Assembly (NCBI GenBank): GCA_035607285.1
Contig: DATNBZ010000239.1
Coordinates: 2,194-66,193 of the forward strand
Source of the DNA: Blastocatellia bacterium
Lineage (GTDB): Bacteria > Acidobacteriota > Blastocatellia > UBA7656
Length of the DNA: 64,000 nucleotides
Reading direction: 5' to 3'
This document shows positions 50,790-63,996 of the stretch, piece by piece; the stretch's first letter is position 1, and every line of letters begins with the position of its first letter. The position numbers and the translations under genes were made by a program. The notes beneath the pieces are model-generated. The model saw only the letters and a program-made list of their open reading frames with translations, was not told where the DNA came from and made no database searches.

Positions 50790-51149
50790 ATGTCAAAACC
50801 GGTACTTGGGCTTTTGCTTGGAGGAGTTTTGGGAATCATCGATGGACTGAGCGCGTGGTTCACACCGGCGGTTCGCGCGCAGCTTGCGGGGATCGTTGTT
50901 GGATCGACGGTCAAGGGATTGATCGCCGGAATATTGATTGGCGTGTTTGCAAGGAAGTTCAACTCGCTTCCATTGGGAATCGTCTTCGGGCTGGCGGTCG
51001 GATTGCTGCTGGCGTTTCTGGTGGCGTTTCTTCAGAAGGGCTACTACTTCGAGATCATGCTGCCGGGGGCGATCCTTGGGTTGATCGTCGGCTTTGCGAC
51101 TCAAAAGTACGGCCGTCCGGCGGCGCAGACGGCAACCGCGAGCCGTTAA
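50790..51149 (+). CDS. Small membrane protein
   Basis: GGAGG RBS; four hydrophobic helices. Confidence 0.75.
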   Translation: MSKPVLGLLLGGVLGIIDGLSAWFTPAVRAQLAGIVVGSTVKGLIAGILIGVFARKFNSLPLGIVFGLAVGLLLAFLVAFLQKGYYFEIMLPGAILGLIVGFATQKYGRPAAQTATASR

Positions 51150-51199
51150 CTGCTGACCTGGTAAGTTGGTGATGATGGTTCGTGTAAGGTGGGTCGTCC

Positions 51200-51300
51200 T
51201 CGCGTGCTTTGCGGTCCTTAGCGAGCTTTGCGTAAGGTATCGGTTTTTCTTGCAGAGATTCGTTTAACGCAAAGCTCGCAAAGGACCGCAAAGCACGCGG
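51200..51300. repeat. 9-mer hairpin element
   Basis: ctttgcggtccttagcgagctttgcgt / aacgcaaagctcgcaaaggaccgcaaag; related copy at 55240-55336. Confidence 0.8.
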
Positions 51301-51355
51301 AGGTTATTAAGCAACGCAGATTGACAGAAGCAGCACGTCTCGACATCCTGTCCGC

Positions 51356-52072
51356 GTGACCAAACAGGAAATCAGAGAGGCCGTCTGGAGCCTGCTGCAA
51401 GCCGAACATGTCGCCCGCTTCCCCGGGGCGCGAGGACGCATCCCAAACTTCACGGGCGCCGAACAGTGCGCCGTGCACGTCGCGGAGCTTGAAGTCTGGA
51501 AAGCCGCGCGTTTCATCAAGTCGAATCCCGACTCGCCCCAGCGCGCGATCCGTCACCTCGCCCTCAAGCAAGGCAAGACGATCTACATGGCGGTGCCTCG
51601 CCTGCGAGAAGAGAAGTGCTTCATCGAACTCGATCCCGCGCGACTTGGTAAGAGTATTTACAAAGCTTCCAGCATCAAGGGAGCTTTTGAATCAGGCAGG
51701 CAAGTCGCCGTGACGCAAATGAAACCCGTCGATCTGATTCTCTGCGGCTCGGTGGCGGTTCGGCGCAACGGCGCTCGCCTTGGCAAGGGTGGCGGCTATT
51801 CGGATCTCGAATACGGGATTGCGCTGGAAACCGGACTCATTACCGCGAGCACTCCCGTTATCACCACCGTTCATCCGCTTCAGGTTGTCACCGACAAGTT
51901 CTCGCTCATGCCGCACGATATCCCGGTTGATTTCATCGTGACGCCTGACAAGATCATCGACTGCAAGACCAGGCTGGCGAAGCCGGAAGGGATCTACTGG
52001 GAATATCTCGATGAGGAGAAGATCGCCGCGATCCCGCTGCTTCAGAAGATGAAAGCTCGCCTCGAGGACTAG
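51356..52072 (+). CDS. 5-formyltetrahydrofolate cyclo-ligase family protein
   Basis: GRIPNFTGA, NPDSPQ, RLGKGGGYSDLE, HDIPVD. Confidence 0.88.
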   Translation: MTKQEIREAVWSLLQAEHVARFPGARGRIPNFTGAEQCAVHVAELEVWKAARFIKSNPDSPQRAIRHLALKQGKTIYMAVPRLREEKCFIELDPARLGKSIYKASSIKGAFESGRQVAVTQMKPVDLILCGSVAVRRNGARLGKGGGYSDLEYGIALETGLITASTPVITTVHPLQVVTDKFSLMPHDIPVDFIVTPDKIIDCKTRLAKPEGIYWEYLDEEKIAAIPLLQKMKARLED

Positions 52073-52094
52073 CGATCGCTATAATCGCCGACTG

Positions 52095-52184
52095 ACCTGG
52101 GAGCGCAGGCATCCTTGCCTGCTGACTTGATAAGAAGTTCATGTGACAACTGCCGAGCAGGCAAGGATGCCTGCGCTCCCAGGT
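52095..52184. repeat. REP-like palindrome pair
   Basis: acctgggagcgcaggcatccttgcctgc / gcaggcaaggatgcctgcgctcccaggt. Confidence 0.8.
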
Positions 52185-52212
52185 GTCGGACTTTCGCAGG
52201 AGGAAACGAACG

Positions 52213-52674
52213 ATGCTTTCAGTTGGAGACAAGGCGCCCCAGTTCACATTGAGTGACGGCGATGGAAACAAGGTCAAGCTTTCGGACTTCAAAGGCAAGA
52301 AAGTCGTGTTGTATTTCTACCCGAGGGATCTTACGCCGGGCTGCACGATTGAAGCGTGCGCGTTTCGAGATGACATCGGGCCGCTTAAGAAACTCGGAGC
52401 GGTTGTGCTGGGCGTTTCAGCCGACACAGAAAAAACACATCAGAAGTTCACGGCTAAACACAATCTCAACTTCCCGCTGCTTGCCGATGTGGACCATTCG
52501 ATGTCGGAGAAGTACGGCGCGTGGCAAGAGAAAAGCTTGTATGGAAAGAAGTATTGGGGCATAGCGCGGATCACCTACATCATCGACGAGAACGGTAAGA
52601 TCGCGAAGGCCTGGCCCAAAGTGAAACCGGACGGACACAGCCAGGAAGTGATCGAGGCAATCAAGTCTTTATAA
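52213..52674 (+). CDS. bcp: Thioredoxin-dependent thiol peroxidase (Bcp)
   Basis: [21 protein letters not shown]. Confidence 0.93.
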   Translation: MLSVGDKAPQFTLSDGDGNKVKLSDFKGKKVVLYFYPRDLTPGCTIEACAFRDDIGPLKKLGAVVLGVSADTEKTHQKFTAKHNLNFPLLADVDHSMSEKYGAWQEKSLYGKKYWGIARITYIIDENGKIAKAWPKVKPDGHSQEVIEAIKSL

Positions 52675-53349
52675 GATGCCGGCGATTTTTTTCAGGTCAT
52701 CGACGAAGCGGCGCATTTCAGTTCGACGAGTGTCTTCGTCAGGCGCCCGAAGGATTGAGGAAGGATGAACCGTAGCCATAACCAGCGGGGCCAGCGGCGA
52801 TTCGAGAAACTCGCCGCGCTGGCGCGTGACTCGAAAGTCCTTTCCAAGCAGGCTCTGCGCGGCAGTAGCTCCAAGACAAACGATGGCTCTTGGTTTGACC
52901 GCAGCGATCTCCGCCTCGATCCAGGGCCTGCACGCCTCAATCTCCGTTGAGTTCGGCTTCTTGTGAATGCGGCGCTTCCCACGAGCTTCCCATTTGAAGT
53001 GCTTCACTACATTTGTGACATAAGCCTGGCGGCGATCGATGCCTGCCTGCTCGAGCGCCTCGTCGAGTAAACGTCCGGCGGGTCCTACGAAAGGCTTGCC
53101 TTGAAGGTCCTCTTCATTGCCGGGCTGCTCACCGATAAACATGACTTTGGCGCGGCGCCCGCCTTCGCCAAAGACGGTCTGCGTGCCGCGTTCCCACAAA
53201 TCACACGCCCTGCAATCAGCCGCAGCTTCTTTCAGCGATGATAAGCCTGGCTTTTCGGGGATTAGATCTTCAACTGAGTCTCGAGATTTCCGCCTGGCCA
53301 CGACCGTGCCTCGTTTGGGTAGTGGGTCAGTTTGAGGTTCCGAGTTCAA
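52669..53349 (-). CDS. udgX: UdgX-family uracil-DNA binding protein
   Basis: CRACDL Fe-S ligands, GEQPG, R-loop KRRIH, HPSSILR; start uncertain. Confidence 0.88.
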   Translation of the reverse strand: MNSEPQTDPLPKRGTVVARRKSRDSVEDLIPEKPGLSSLKEAAADCRACDLWERGTQTVFGEGGRRAKVMFIGEQPGNEEDLQGKPFVGPAGRLLDEALEQAGIDRRQAYVTNVVKHFKWEARGKRRIHKKPNSTEIEACRPWIEAEIAAVKPRAIVCLGATAAQSLLGKDFRVTRQRGEFLESPLAPLVMATVHPSSILRAPDEDTRRTEMRRFVDDLKKIAGIL

Positions 53350-53470
53350 GCTTTAGCTTGCCCTCGAGCTTTATGGTTGAAAAAAGGCAAGCTAAAGATT
53401 GAACTCTGAACCGGACCTTAAAACTGGCCCACTACCCTTGTTTGGCGTCCTGATTTATTGATATCACGTC

Positions 53471-53528
53471 TTGACAATGAAGCGCGACAGGTCTAAATTG
53501 ATTTTCGTTAATCTTCTCTAAATTTTCG
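53471..53528 (+). promoter_or_regulatory. Sigma-70 promoter with downstream TTC direct repeats (candidate SOS box)
   Basis: TTGACA-17-TAAATT, then ttttcgttaatcttctctaaattttcg. Confidence 0.55.
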
Positions 53529-53547
53529 AGAGATTATTACGACACTT

Positions 53548-54270
53548 ATGAAGCTCGCATTTTCACAGAAGGAAATCGAGTCCGAGTTGGAGCAGCGCTT
53601 CGGCTCCGCGTTCAAACTGCGCGAAAGACCGGTCGTCGAAGTAATGTCCACCGGCATTCCCGAAGTCGATCGCATAACAGGAGGCATTCCGCGAGGGGCG
53701 ATCACTGAAATTCTCGGCCCCGCATCATCGGGCCGCACAAGCCTGCTTCATGCGGTAATGGCTGCGTCCACTAATCGTCGGGAAGTGTGCGCTCTGGTTG
53801 ACTCGAGCGACTCGTTCGATACCGCATCGGCTGCCAATGCCGGCTCAGACTTTGATCACCTGCTTTGGATACGCTGCGCGTCAAATATCGAGCACACGAT
53901 CAAAGCCACTGATCTTCTTTTGCAGAGCGGCGGCTTCGGGTTGGTGGCTTTGGATCTCGGGGACGTTCCGCTCGCGCAGTCACGCCGCATTCAATTGAGC
54001 TGGTGGTTTCGGTTTCGTCGCGCAATAGAGAACACTCCAACGGCCATGCTTGTGATCAGCCGCGACCCCAACGCAAGATCCTGCGCGTCACTGGTGTTGG
54101 AGACGCGCAGAGAAGCAGCGTTTTGGTCGCGGCCATTAACTTCGATTGAAGTTAAGGTGCGTGCGCTTCCGACTTGCGCGAATCTCCTGGGCGGGTTGCG
54201 AGTTCATGTCGAGCGCTGCAAACCGGTGTGTTTGGATGAAAGAGAAGTCAGCTTTGAAGCGAAGGTGTGA
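53548..54270 (+). CDS. imuA: ImuA/RecA-like protein
   Basis: STGIPEVD...GGIPRGAITEILGPASSGRTS; truncated RecA fold. Confidence 0.78.
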   Translation: MKLAFSQKEIESELEQRFGSAFKLRERPVVEVMSTGIPEVDRITGGIPRGAITEILGPASSGRTSLLHAVMAASTNRREVCALVDSSDSFDTASAANAGSDFDHLLWIRCASNIEHTIKATDLLLQSGGFGLVALDLGDVPLAQSRRIQLSWWFRFRRAIENTPTAMLVISRDPNARSCASLVLETRREAAFWSRPLTSIEVKVRALPTCANLLGGLRVHVERCKPVCLDEREVSFEAKV

Positions 54271-54558
54271 TTAAAAGCCGGACTTGAACCGGAAACCGCC
54301 CGCGACTCTTCGCCCGAAGAAGTGTCCTGAGAATTCCCTGGAACCCCGTAGGGGTAGAATGTCTATAGTGGCGAGTTCACTATGTTGCCAACCCCGTAGG
54401 GGTGAAATGTACCTGCGCCGAACTTGTATGCCGCACCTAACGGAGCCAGGAGTCCACGTCGGCGTCCGTAACTATAAACATCGCACCCCTACGGGGTTGC
54501 CGGGCGGAACGCTCGATTCCCCGCCCTGAGTTCCGGGTAACCTAAGTCCCGCCCAAGT
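54265..54558 (+). repeat. About 295-bp composite REP/MITE-like element, copy 2
   Basis: Highly similar to 13851-14146. Confidence 0.85.
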
Positions 54559-54668
54559 TGCATTCTTAACCACACCCTTGAAGCGAAGGCGTTCGTTCCT
54601 AAAACTAGCAGCTCAAGAGACACTATGATACCGTTCTCCTGAATCAGTCAGGAGCCGGAGCAAGCATT

Positions 54669-55220
54669 ATGGATAGAAGCACATATACCGCCATTCTTGT
54701 GTTTGCGATTCTTCTCGCCCCCTTATCAACCCGGCAATGCTTCGCTCAACAACCGAAAGAAACCCACTGGGATTCGTTTCGCTTTCTCCTGGGCGAGTGG
54801 GTTGGCGAAGGCAGCGGCGCGCCCGGCGAAGGAGCCGGAGGCTTCTCGTTCACCTTCGATCTGCAAGGGAAAATACTCGTCAGGAAAAACACCGCCGACT
54901 ATCCGGCTACAAAAGACAAGCCGGCTTATTCACACACCGATCTCATGGTTATCTATCGAGAGGCTGATGACCCTATAAAGGCGATCTACTTCGATAACGA
55001 AGGACACGTGATTCATTATGCTGTCAGCTTTTCGAAGGACCAGAGCACGCTGACGTTTCTCAGCAACCCTTCCCCGTCGTCGCCGCGATTTCGATTCATC
55101 TACAGCAAAGCGACTCCTGATAAATTGAAGCTGGAGTTTGATATTGCGCCACCCGGGAAACCGGAAGCGTTTTCGAAATACGTCGAAGGCTCAGCGCATC
55201 GGAAGCCGGCGTCCAGGTAA
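54669..55220 (+). CDS. Secreted beta-barrel hypothetical protein
   Basis: Signal peptide; FLLGEWVG...YFDNEGHVIHY. Confidence 0.75.
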   Translation: MDRSTYTAILVFAILLAPLSTRQCFAQQPKETHWDSFRFLLGEWVGEGSGAPGEGAGGFSFTFDLQGKILVRKNTADYPATKDKPAYSHTDLMVIYREADDPIKAIYFDNEGHVIHYAVSFSKDQSTLTFLSNPSPSSPRFRFIYSKATPDKLKLEFDIAPPGKPEAFSKYVEGSAHRKPASR

Positions 55221-55349
55221 TACTCGCGAGAAGAACCATCCTTTTGCGATCTTTGCGGTCCTTTGCGAGCCTTGCGTTAAAGGAATCGTTAATTCGTTTA
55301 ACGCAAAGATCGCAAAGGACCGCAAAGCTCGCAAAGACAGTGACAATCC

Positions 55350-55547
55350 TTACGAATTCCTGGTCCGTAGTTTTTCTACAGCCGCTTCGTTTATGTGCTT
55401 GTGAAGGATGGCGACCAGTTGAGAGGCTTCGACAACCGAGAGGGTGAACGCCACAGTATTATCACCTGCATCGATCGTTAAGTTGATAGCTCCGCTGCGA
55501 TGATCGATTTCAAAAGAACTGCCCTTAGCTTGAAAAGTGTCCATTAT
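55350..55547 (-). CDS. Small hypothetical protein
   Basis: GGAG RBS before internal MDTFQ start. Confidence 0.45.
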   Translation of the reverse strand: MMDTFQAKGSSFEIDHRSGAINLTIDAGDNTVAFTLSVVEASQLVAILHKHINEAAVEKLRTRNS

Positions 55548-55618
55548 GGTTCTCCAGTGATGTCCGACAAGCCGGCAGGTTTCCGACAGTCGGCTCGACA
55601 AGCCGGCACCTTGTCGGA

Positions 55619-57917
<2,299 letters not shown>

Positions 57918-58079
57918 CTCAGCCTCGGTTTATCAGCTATTTATCCTATGACAGACATTTGACCTAATCAAATAGTCATTTGTTATGTTCGAATTTCGCG
58001 TTCCCAAAGTTGCTTTCATGTTGTTTCGTAGTAGAATCGCGCGTACCGATACTCCAAAGCAAAGAAAGGAACATGGATA

Positions 58080-58490
58080 ATGACAACTCTCACCCATCGG
58101 TTGCCCGTAGCTGCGGCGCTCCTAGTTGTAATGGCTAGTCACACCATAGCCACCCAGCAACCAAAACAATCATATCAAGAGATTATTCAAACCAAGCTTC
58201 TTCGATTCACGAAATATGCGGATGACTTCTATCGTCAAGGGCGTGCGGCTGGCGGAAATCAATGGAAGGCACCCAGTTACCTTCACGATACGGCAATAGA
58301 CGCGTGCGGTTATCTGTTAGCGGTGCGCGCACTGTTGGAAATCCACGATCAACTTTCCTGTCGAGAGGATCGAGGCAATGCATCGCTGATAATCGCGAGA
58401 GAACTGCGTTACTATTCGCAGCGATTAGATGTTGACATGAAGAAAGTGAATCTCGACCTGTCATCTGCAAAGCTTCGTGCCGTAGCTTAG
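58080..58490 (+). CDS. Secreted hypothetical protein, possibly 3'-degraded
   Basis: Signal peptide; a helical-looking continuation MNDDLQELKAFF lies out of frame after the stop. Confidence 0.5.
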   Translation: MTTLTHRLPVAAALLVVMASHTIATQQPKQSYQEIIQTKLLRFTKYADDFYRQGRAAGGNQWKAPSYLHDTAIDACGYLLAVRALLEIHDQLSCREDRGNASLIIARELRYYSQRLDVDMKKVNLDLSSAKLRAVA

Positions 58491-58630
58491 ATCGGCCGCA
58501 CAAATGAATGACGACTTGCAAGAATTAAAGGCGTTCTTTGAATCTATCCGGTCGAACTGACTCAGGCACCATGCAGGAGGTCTTCTGGAAACCACCTGGC
58601 CCTTCGATTCATAGGTACGATCCCAGCCTC

Positions 58631-58984
58631 TTATATGAATCCTATGTTACGCCGTGGCGTTGATGATGGCAGCAACGTGCTGTCCAGGTAGATCGGCTTC
58701 AGTTCATTTACCAACTGTACCCAGCGCCGCCAGCGATTCGCAGCGTCGTTGTGGATTTCGTATATCACAGCCATGCTAAGGCTATGACCCGAAACAGAAA
58801 GATCCTTTGAGTTCCGAATCTCAGCCATACTCGCTTCAAGGTCTTCTGTTATCCCGACGAACAATGCCGTCTCAAGGTTGTTAATATTCGGAATGATCTG
58901 GAAGACAGCAGCACAATTGGGCATTTGATCTGGACCAAGGATACCCACATAGCGCGGTCTGTCGGTACATTCAATAGGCATCAT
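58631..58984 (-). CDS. Hypothetical protein, degenerate GIY-YIG-like
   Basis: AVFQI...LFVGITEDL...ELKP pattern. Confidence 0.45.
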   Translation of the reverse strand: MMPIECTDRPRYVGILGPDQMPNCAAVFQIIPNINNLETALFVGITEDLEASMAEIRNSKDLSVSGHSLSMAVIYEIHNDAANRWRRWVQLVNELKPIYLDSTLLPSSTPRRNIGFI

Positions 58985-59072
58985 TAATTCCCTTCTTTCA
59001 AATAATGTTTAGATCGGACGGTTTGATATCGGAGAAAAGGTTATCACGCGGCGAGTAGCTCGCCAACCGTTG

Positions 59073-59705
59073 TCATCGAGGAAACGCGCCAAGCCAATTG
59101 CTGATGGTTTTCTTGATAGTCTTCCAGTCCGTTTTCCACAGCATCCTTGGCATCCGCTCTTTGTCGGCATCGTCAAAGTAAGCAAGACCGTAAAGGACGT
59201 GCGACATGTCCTCAACACCGTACTTTCGCTTATACAGACTCAAAATGTCGGGAAGGGGATGGTGTTTCAACGCCATAGCGTAGATATCAACGAAGTCCTT
59301 TTTTGAGCCGCGTTGAGCAAGGGCAGAAAGTTTCATACATGCGAGGTCATCAAGCGATGCGACTGAGCAATCGAAATCTTTGAGCTTCACCAGAGGGCTG
59401 AGCAAATTGTACGGGTATTCCAGGAAACTGAACCTCACTCCGGACAGGAACCCATGAAGCGTACCCGCCTCCACGTAGCTTGTCGTAAAGTCAATGGCCC
59501 GGCTTCGCATATGTTGCGCCAACAGCATCGGATCGCCGAGGGGCTTTTGAATAAACCAGTCAAAATCTATTGAACGCCGATGCCCGAGATGAAGCGCAAC
59601 CGCAGTTCCGCCACCAAGGTAAAAGCCACGTCGAGTGGCGAATGATGCAATCTGTTCGAGCGTCTTCTTTTGAGCCGGAGCCAGCGCTTCCAGGTGAGCC
59701 GTCAT
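59073..59705 (-). CDS. AbiEii/AbiGii nucleotidyltransferase toxin family protein
   Basis: FYLGGGTAVALHLGHRRSIDFD, MKLSAL..RG.KKDFVD. Confidence 0.9.
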   Translation of the reverse strand: MTAHLEALAPAQKKTLEQIASFATRRGFYLGGGTAVALHLGHRRSIDFDWFIQKPLGDPMLLAQHMRSRAIDFTTSYVEAGTLHGFLSGVRFSFLEYPYNLLSPLVKLKDFDCSVASLDDLACMKLSALAQRGSKKDFVDIYAMALKHHPLPDILSLYKRKYGVEDMSHVLYGLAYFDDADKERMPRMLWKTDWKTIKKTISNWLGAFPR

Positions 59706-60034
59706 CGCGCCATTCTCTTTTCCCATATGTTTTCCGATCTGGCTGAGAGCCATTCGCTCACTCGCTTGTGCGGTAGCGCTAAGATGATTTCCCAGAATCG
59801 GAGCTGGCGCGGACTGAGTTTTTGATGATGACTTGTTATCCATTCCTTGAGTCCGTCATCTCCCAATCGGGACCGTAGCCATTTCACGCTCTCCCAATCA
59901 CCGATCGTCAACACTCGATCAACGATCAAATCCTGATCGGTCTCCCAGGCCATGTCTTCGAATTTGTAATCCCAGAAGAGTGCACGCAGTCGGGATGGCA
60001 GCTTTATAGTTTTGTTTTGAGCCCTGGAAGTCAT
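59702..60034 (-). CDS. DUF6922-like putative antitoxin
   Basis: LFWDY...IVDRVL.IGD...LSPR..RFW; ATGA overlap with the toxin. Confidence 0.8.
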   Translation of the reverse strand: MTSRAQNKTIKLPSRLRALFWDYKFEDMAWETDQDLIVDRVLTIGDWESVKWLRSRLGDDGLKEWITSHHQKLSPRQLRFWEIILALPHKRVSEWLSARSENIWEKRMAR

Positions 60035-60657
60035 GTTTTTGTAGGCCTCGTTGAGCGTTCTTTCCGAAGCAGCAATATATCCCACGTGGTTATGTTTGTG
60101 AATCGAACAGGCGCGGCTAAGTTCCGAGCAAGATCAATGAAAATCGTGCGAAGCTGATGCTTCTATCGCGTATGACAGCGGTTCGATGCGCCTTGCTCGA
60201 ACGTGAATCACGTTGTCCTGGTTTTGCAACGGGCCTTCGATGAGAAGCAGCGGCTGGTTTACGAGCACCGCGCGATTGCGGTCGAAAATGTCCGGCGTGA
60301 TGATCACGTTTGCTACGCCGGTCTCATCCTCCATAGTCAAAAACATAAAGCCTTTTGCCGTGCCCGGACGCTGCCGCACGATTACCCAGCCTGCAATCTT
60401 TACCCAAACCCCATTGCGAATTTGAAGCAGATCGATTGAGCGCTTGATGCCGAGCTTGTTCAGCTCCTCACGCCGGTAAGCCATCGGGTGCCGCCCAATA
60501 GTCACTCCCGTCCCGCGAAAGTCCGCGTTCACCCGCTCTTCGATAGTCATCGCCGGAAGCGGCGAATCTGCGATCGGATCTTTCTGATCCTTGAGCAGAG
60601 GGCCGACTTCACGCGTCGCGCGTTCGACTTTCCACAGCGCGCTGCGACGGTGAAGGA

Positions 60658-60847
<190 letters not shown>

Positions 60848-61020
60848 TGAAGTTCAGCGCGCCGACTCCCGCAAGCTTTCTCATTTCATCCTTGCGAAGC
60901 TCGGGCACGCGATTGTGGAGATCGTCAATGTCAGTGAAAGGCTGCTTCGCGCGCTCGAGCACGATCGCCCGAGCGGTTTCTTCTCGAAACCCTTTCACGT
61001 ATCGCAAGCCCAAACGCATG

Positions 61021-61148
61021 GCGGGTGACACAGCGTTCCATGTAGGGGCGGCCCTCCGTGGCCGCCCCTCCTTGCCATGTCCTTTTTGATTTTCTGAAGA
61101 GGGGCGGCCACGGAGGGCCGCCCCTACATGGAACGCTGTGTCACCCGC
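61021..61148. repeat. Perfect 50-bp inverted repeat (GTAG-type REP doublet) translated in frame within dnaE2
   Basis: 61021-61070 is the exact reverse complement of 61099-61148. Confidence 0.92.
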
Positions 61149-63674
61149 AACTTCCTCCAGCGTGCACAGCCAGTCCGAACGCGTGACGTCGATGGGATTG
61201 ATCTTCAATCCGTGTCGCTGCGCATCCTTGATGATCGTAGCCGGGTGATAGAAACCCATCGGCTGATTGTTCAACAGCGCAGCGGTGAACGCGGCGAGAT
61301 AATGGCATTTCAAATAGGCGCTGGCATAAGCAAGCAAGGCGAAGCTCGCGGCGTGAGATTCGGGAAAGCCGTACAACGCGAACGAGGTGATTGCCTGCAC
61401 GATCTTGTCCTGAGTCTCGCCGGTGATTCCGTTGTCGTCCATGCCGCGGCGCAGCTTGATTTCAATCTCTCGCATGCGCGCTTCGGACCTTTTGAACCCC
61501 ATTGCTCGTCTAAGCTCTTCGGCTTCGCCGCCGGTGAAATTCGAACAGATCATCGCGATGCGCAGCAACTGCTCCTGGAACAACGGCACTCCGAGCGTGC
61601 GCCTGAGCACCGGCTCGAGCGAGGAATGCAAACAAGTCGCTTCTTCGCGGCCCAGCCGGCGATTCAAATAAGGATGAACCATATTTCCTACAATGGGTCC
61701 GGGCCTGATGATCGCCACCTGCACGACTATATCGTAGAACTTTTCAGGCCGGAGCCGCGGAAGACAGGACATCTGCGCGCGGCTTTCGATTTGAAACAAA
61801 CCGATGGTGTCGGCCTTCTGTAACGCGCCATACACTTCAGGATCGTCCTGCGGAAGATGAGCCAGATCGACTTCTTCCTTATAGTGATCGCGAATCAGTA
61901 TCAGGCATTCTTCAATCGCGGCCATCATGCCAAGCCCGAGCAGGTCTACTTTGATGATGCCCATATCGGCGCAGTCTTCTTTGTCCCACTGAACGACTAC
62001 GCGGCCGGGCATCGCCGCCGGTTCGAGCGGAACTACCGAATCGAGCTGGCCCTGGCAGATCACCATCCCGCCCGAGTGCTGGCCCAGATGGCGCGGAAGG
62101 TCCTGGGCTGCAATGTACAGCTCGAAGAATTTCTTGATTCGCGGACTGGTCAGATCGAGCCCCGCATCGCGAAACTGGCGTTCGGTTGTGTCGTTGGGGT
62201 CCTGCCACTCCCAGGTCCTTACAAGGCTTGAAAGCCGGGTGATGGTTTCTTCGTCGAAGCCGAGCGCCTTGCCTACTTCGCGAGCCGCCGAACGCCCGCG
62301 ATAAGTAATAACGTTTGCGGTCATCGCGGCGCCGCGCGTCCCGTAGCGCTGATAAACGTATTGAATCACCCGCTCGCGCTGATCGCCGCTCGGCAGATCC
62401 AGATCGATGTCCGGCCACTCGCCGCGCTCTTCGGAGAGAAAGCGCTCGAACAATAATTCCATGCCGACCGGATCGACGGCGGTTATTCCGAGCGAGTAGC
62501 ACACCGCGCTGTTTGCGGCCGACCCGCGGCCCTGGACCAGGATTCCGTTGTCGCAGCAGAAGTTGACGATGTCCCAGACGATCAGGAAGTAGCCCGCGAG
62601 ATGAAGCTTCTCGATCAACGCAAGCTCACGATCTATCTGCTTGATCGCGCGTTCGTAAGGCGGCATACCGTGAGCGCCGTTGTAGCGCCACCGCGCGCCT
62701 TCGTAGGTGCGCTTGTGAAGAAACGAGTCCATCGTTTCGCCGTCGGGAACGGGATACTTCGGGAACTCATAACCGAGATCTTCAAGCGTAAAGCCAAGTC
62801 GTGAAGAAAGCTCGACCGTGTGGGCGATCGCTTCGGGCAAATCTGAAAACAGCGTTGCCATTGCAGAAGCTGACTTCAGAAATCGTTCGGAGTTTTTGGC
62901 CAGCAGTCGCCCCGCGGTTTCAAGCTGCACGTGGTTGCGAATACATGTGAGCACATCGGCAAGCTGACGCCGCGCGGCGCTCGCATAACAAACCCCGTTG
63001 GTGGCAAGGAGCGGCAGCCCCGATCGCCGGGCTATTTCAACAACTGCCTGGTTGCGCGATTCTTCTTCGCGATTGAAGTGCCGCCCGAGCTCGGCGTAGA
63101 CATTGTTCCTGCCGAATATGTTAATGAGCTTTTCTGTTATTGCGCATGCCTCATCGGGCCCGCTTCGAAGCGCTTGTGCCAGCGGCCCATCATCACCGCC
63201 GGTCAAACAAATCAAGCCCTCAGCATGAACTGCCAGCTCTTCTAAAGTTGCCGCGACCTCGCCCGGCTTCGCATGCTTCGGAGCGCGCAGTTTCATGAGG
63301 GTGATCAGCCGGCAAAGATTCTGATAACCGGCTCGGCTTTCGACTAACAGGGGAAGAGTAGCAGTGACTGAGTGATTCGTGATTCGTGATTCGTGATTGG
63401 TTTGTAAGGCTAAGGTGATCTCGGCGCCGATGTGGGCTTGGATTTCATGTTTCTTTGCTGCCATGTGGAACCGCGGCGAGCCGTAGAGTCCGTCGCGATC
63501 CAGCAGGGCCATTGCTTTGCCATTGAGGTCGGCGCACACGGATATCAACTCTTCGGGGAGCGATGCGCCTTCGAGAAAGCTGAAGGCAGACCGCGCGTGG
63601 AGTTCTACGTAATCTTCGCTCATATGCCAGCGACTAGTGACCTGCAACAAAGGTTCGATAGCGAGTAAGGGCAC

Positions 63675-63763
63675 TCCTGTATGGGCGGTCCTCCGTGGCC
63701 GCCCCTCCCTGGATGAAGCGCTTCCTCATTAAGGGGCGGCCACGGAGGACCGCCCATACAGGA
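63675..63763. repeat. REP doublet of the same family, upstream of dnaE2
   Basis: tcctgtatgggcggtcctccgtggccgcccc / ggggcggccacggaggaccgcccatacagga. Confidence 0.85.
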
Positions 63764-63915
63764 CTACCGATTTGTCCGATACACCCAACTAGTATACTGC
63801 GATGCCGAGCCCCCATCTACGAAAATCTTCGAAATATCTTCTACAATTTTCGATTGGGCTGGCCGACTAGAACGCGAAATAGCGCCGACTACCAGGACTG
63901 CGCGAAAGGCAATGC

Positions 63916-63996
63916 TCGTAGTCCGGCCTTCAAGCGGAAGTTCGTAATTTCACCACGAGTCGAACTACAAACTTCCGCCTGAAGGCCGGACTACGA
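63916..63996. repeat. GTAG-type REP doublet
   Basis: cgtagtccggccttca.gcggaagtt / aacttccgcctgaaggccggactacg. Confidence 0.8.

Noticed and set aside
53548-54270. Calling this gene recA
   Set aside because: Only 240 aa, Walker A has R in place of K (SSGRTS), and the RecA C-terminal region is missing; it fits ImuA-like proteins.
59706-59843. Longer start for the AbiEii toxin (256 aa)
   Set aside because: Overlaps the antitoxin; the ATGA-coupled start at 59705 is more plausible.
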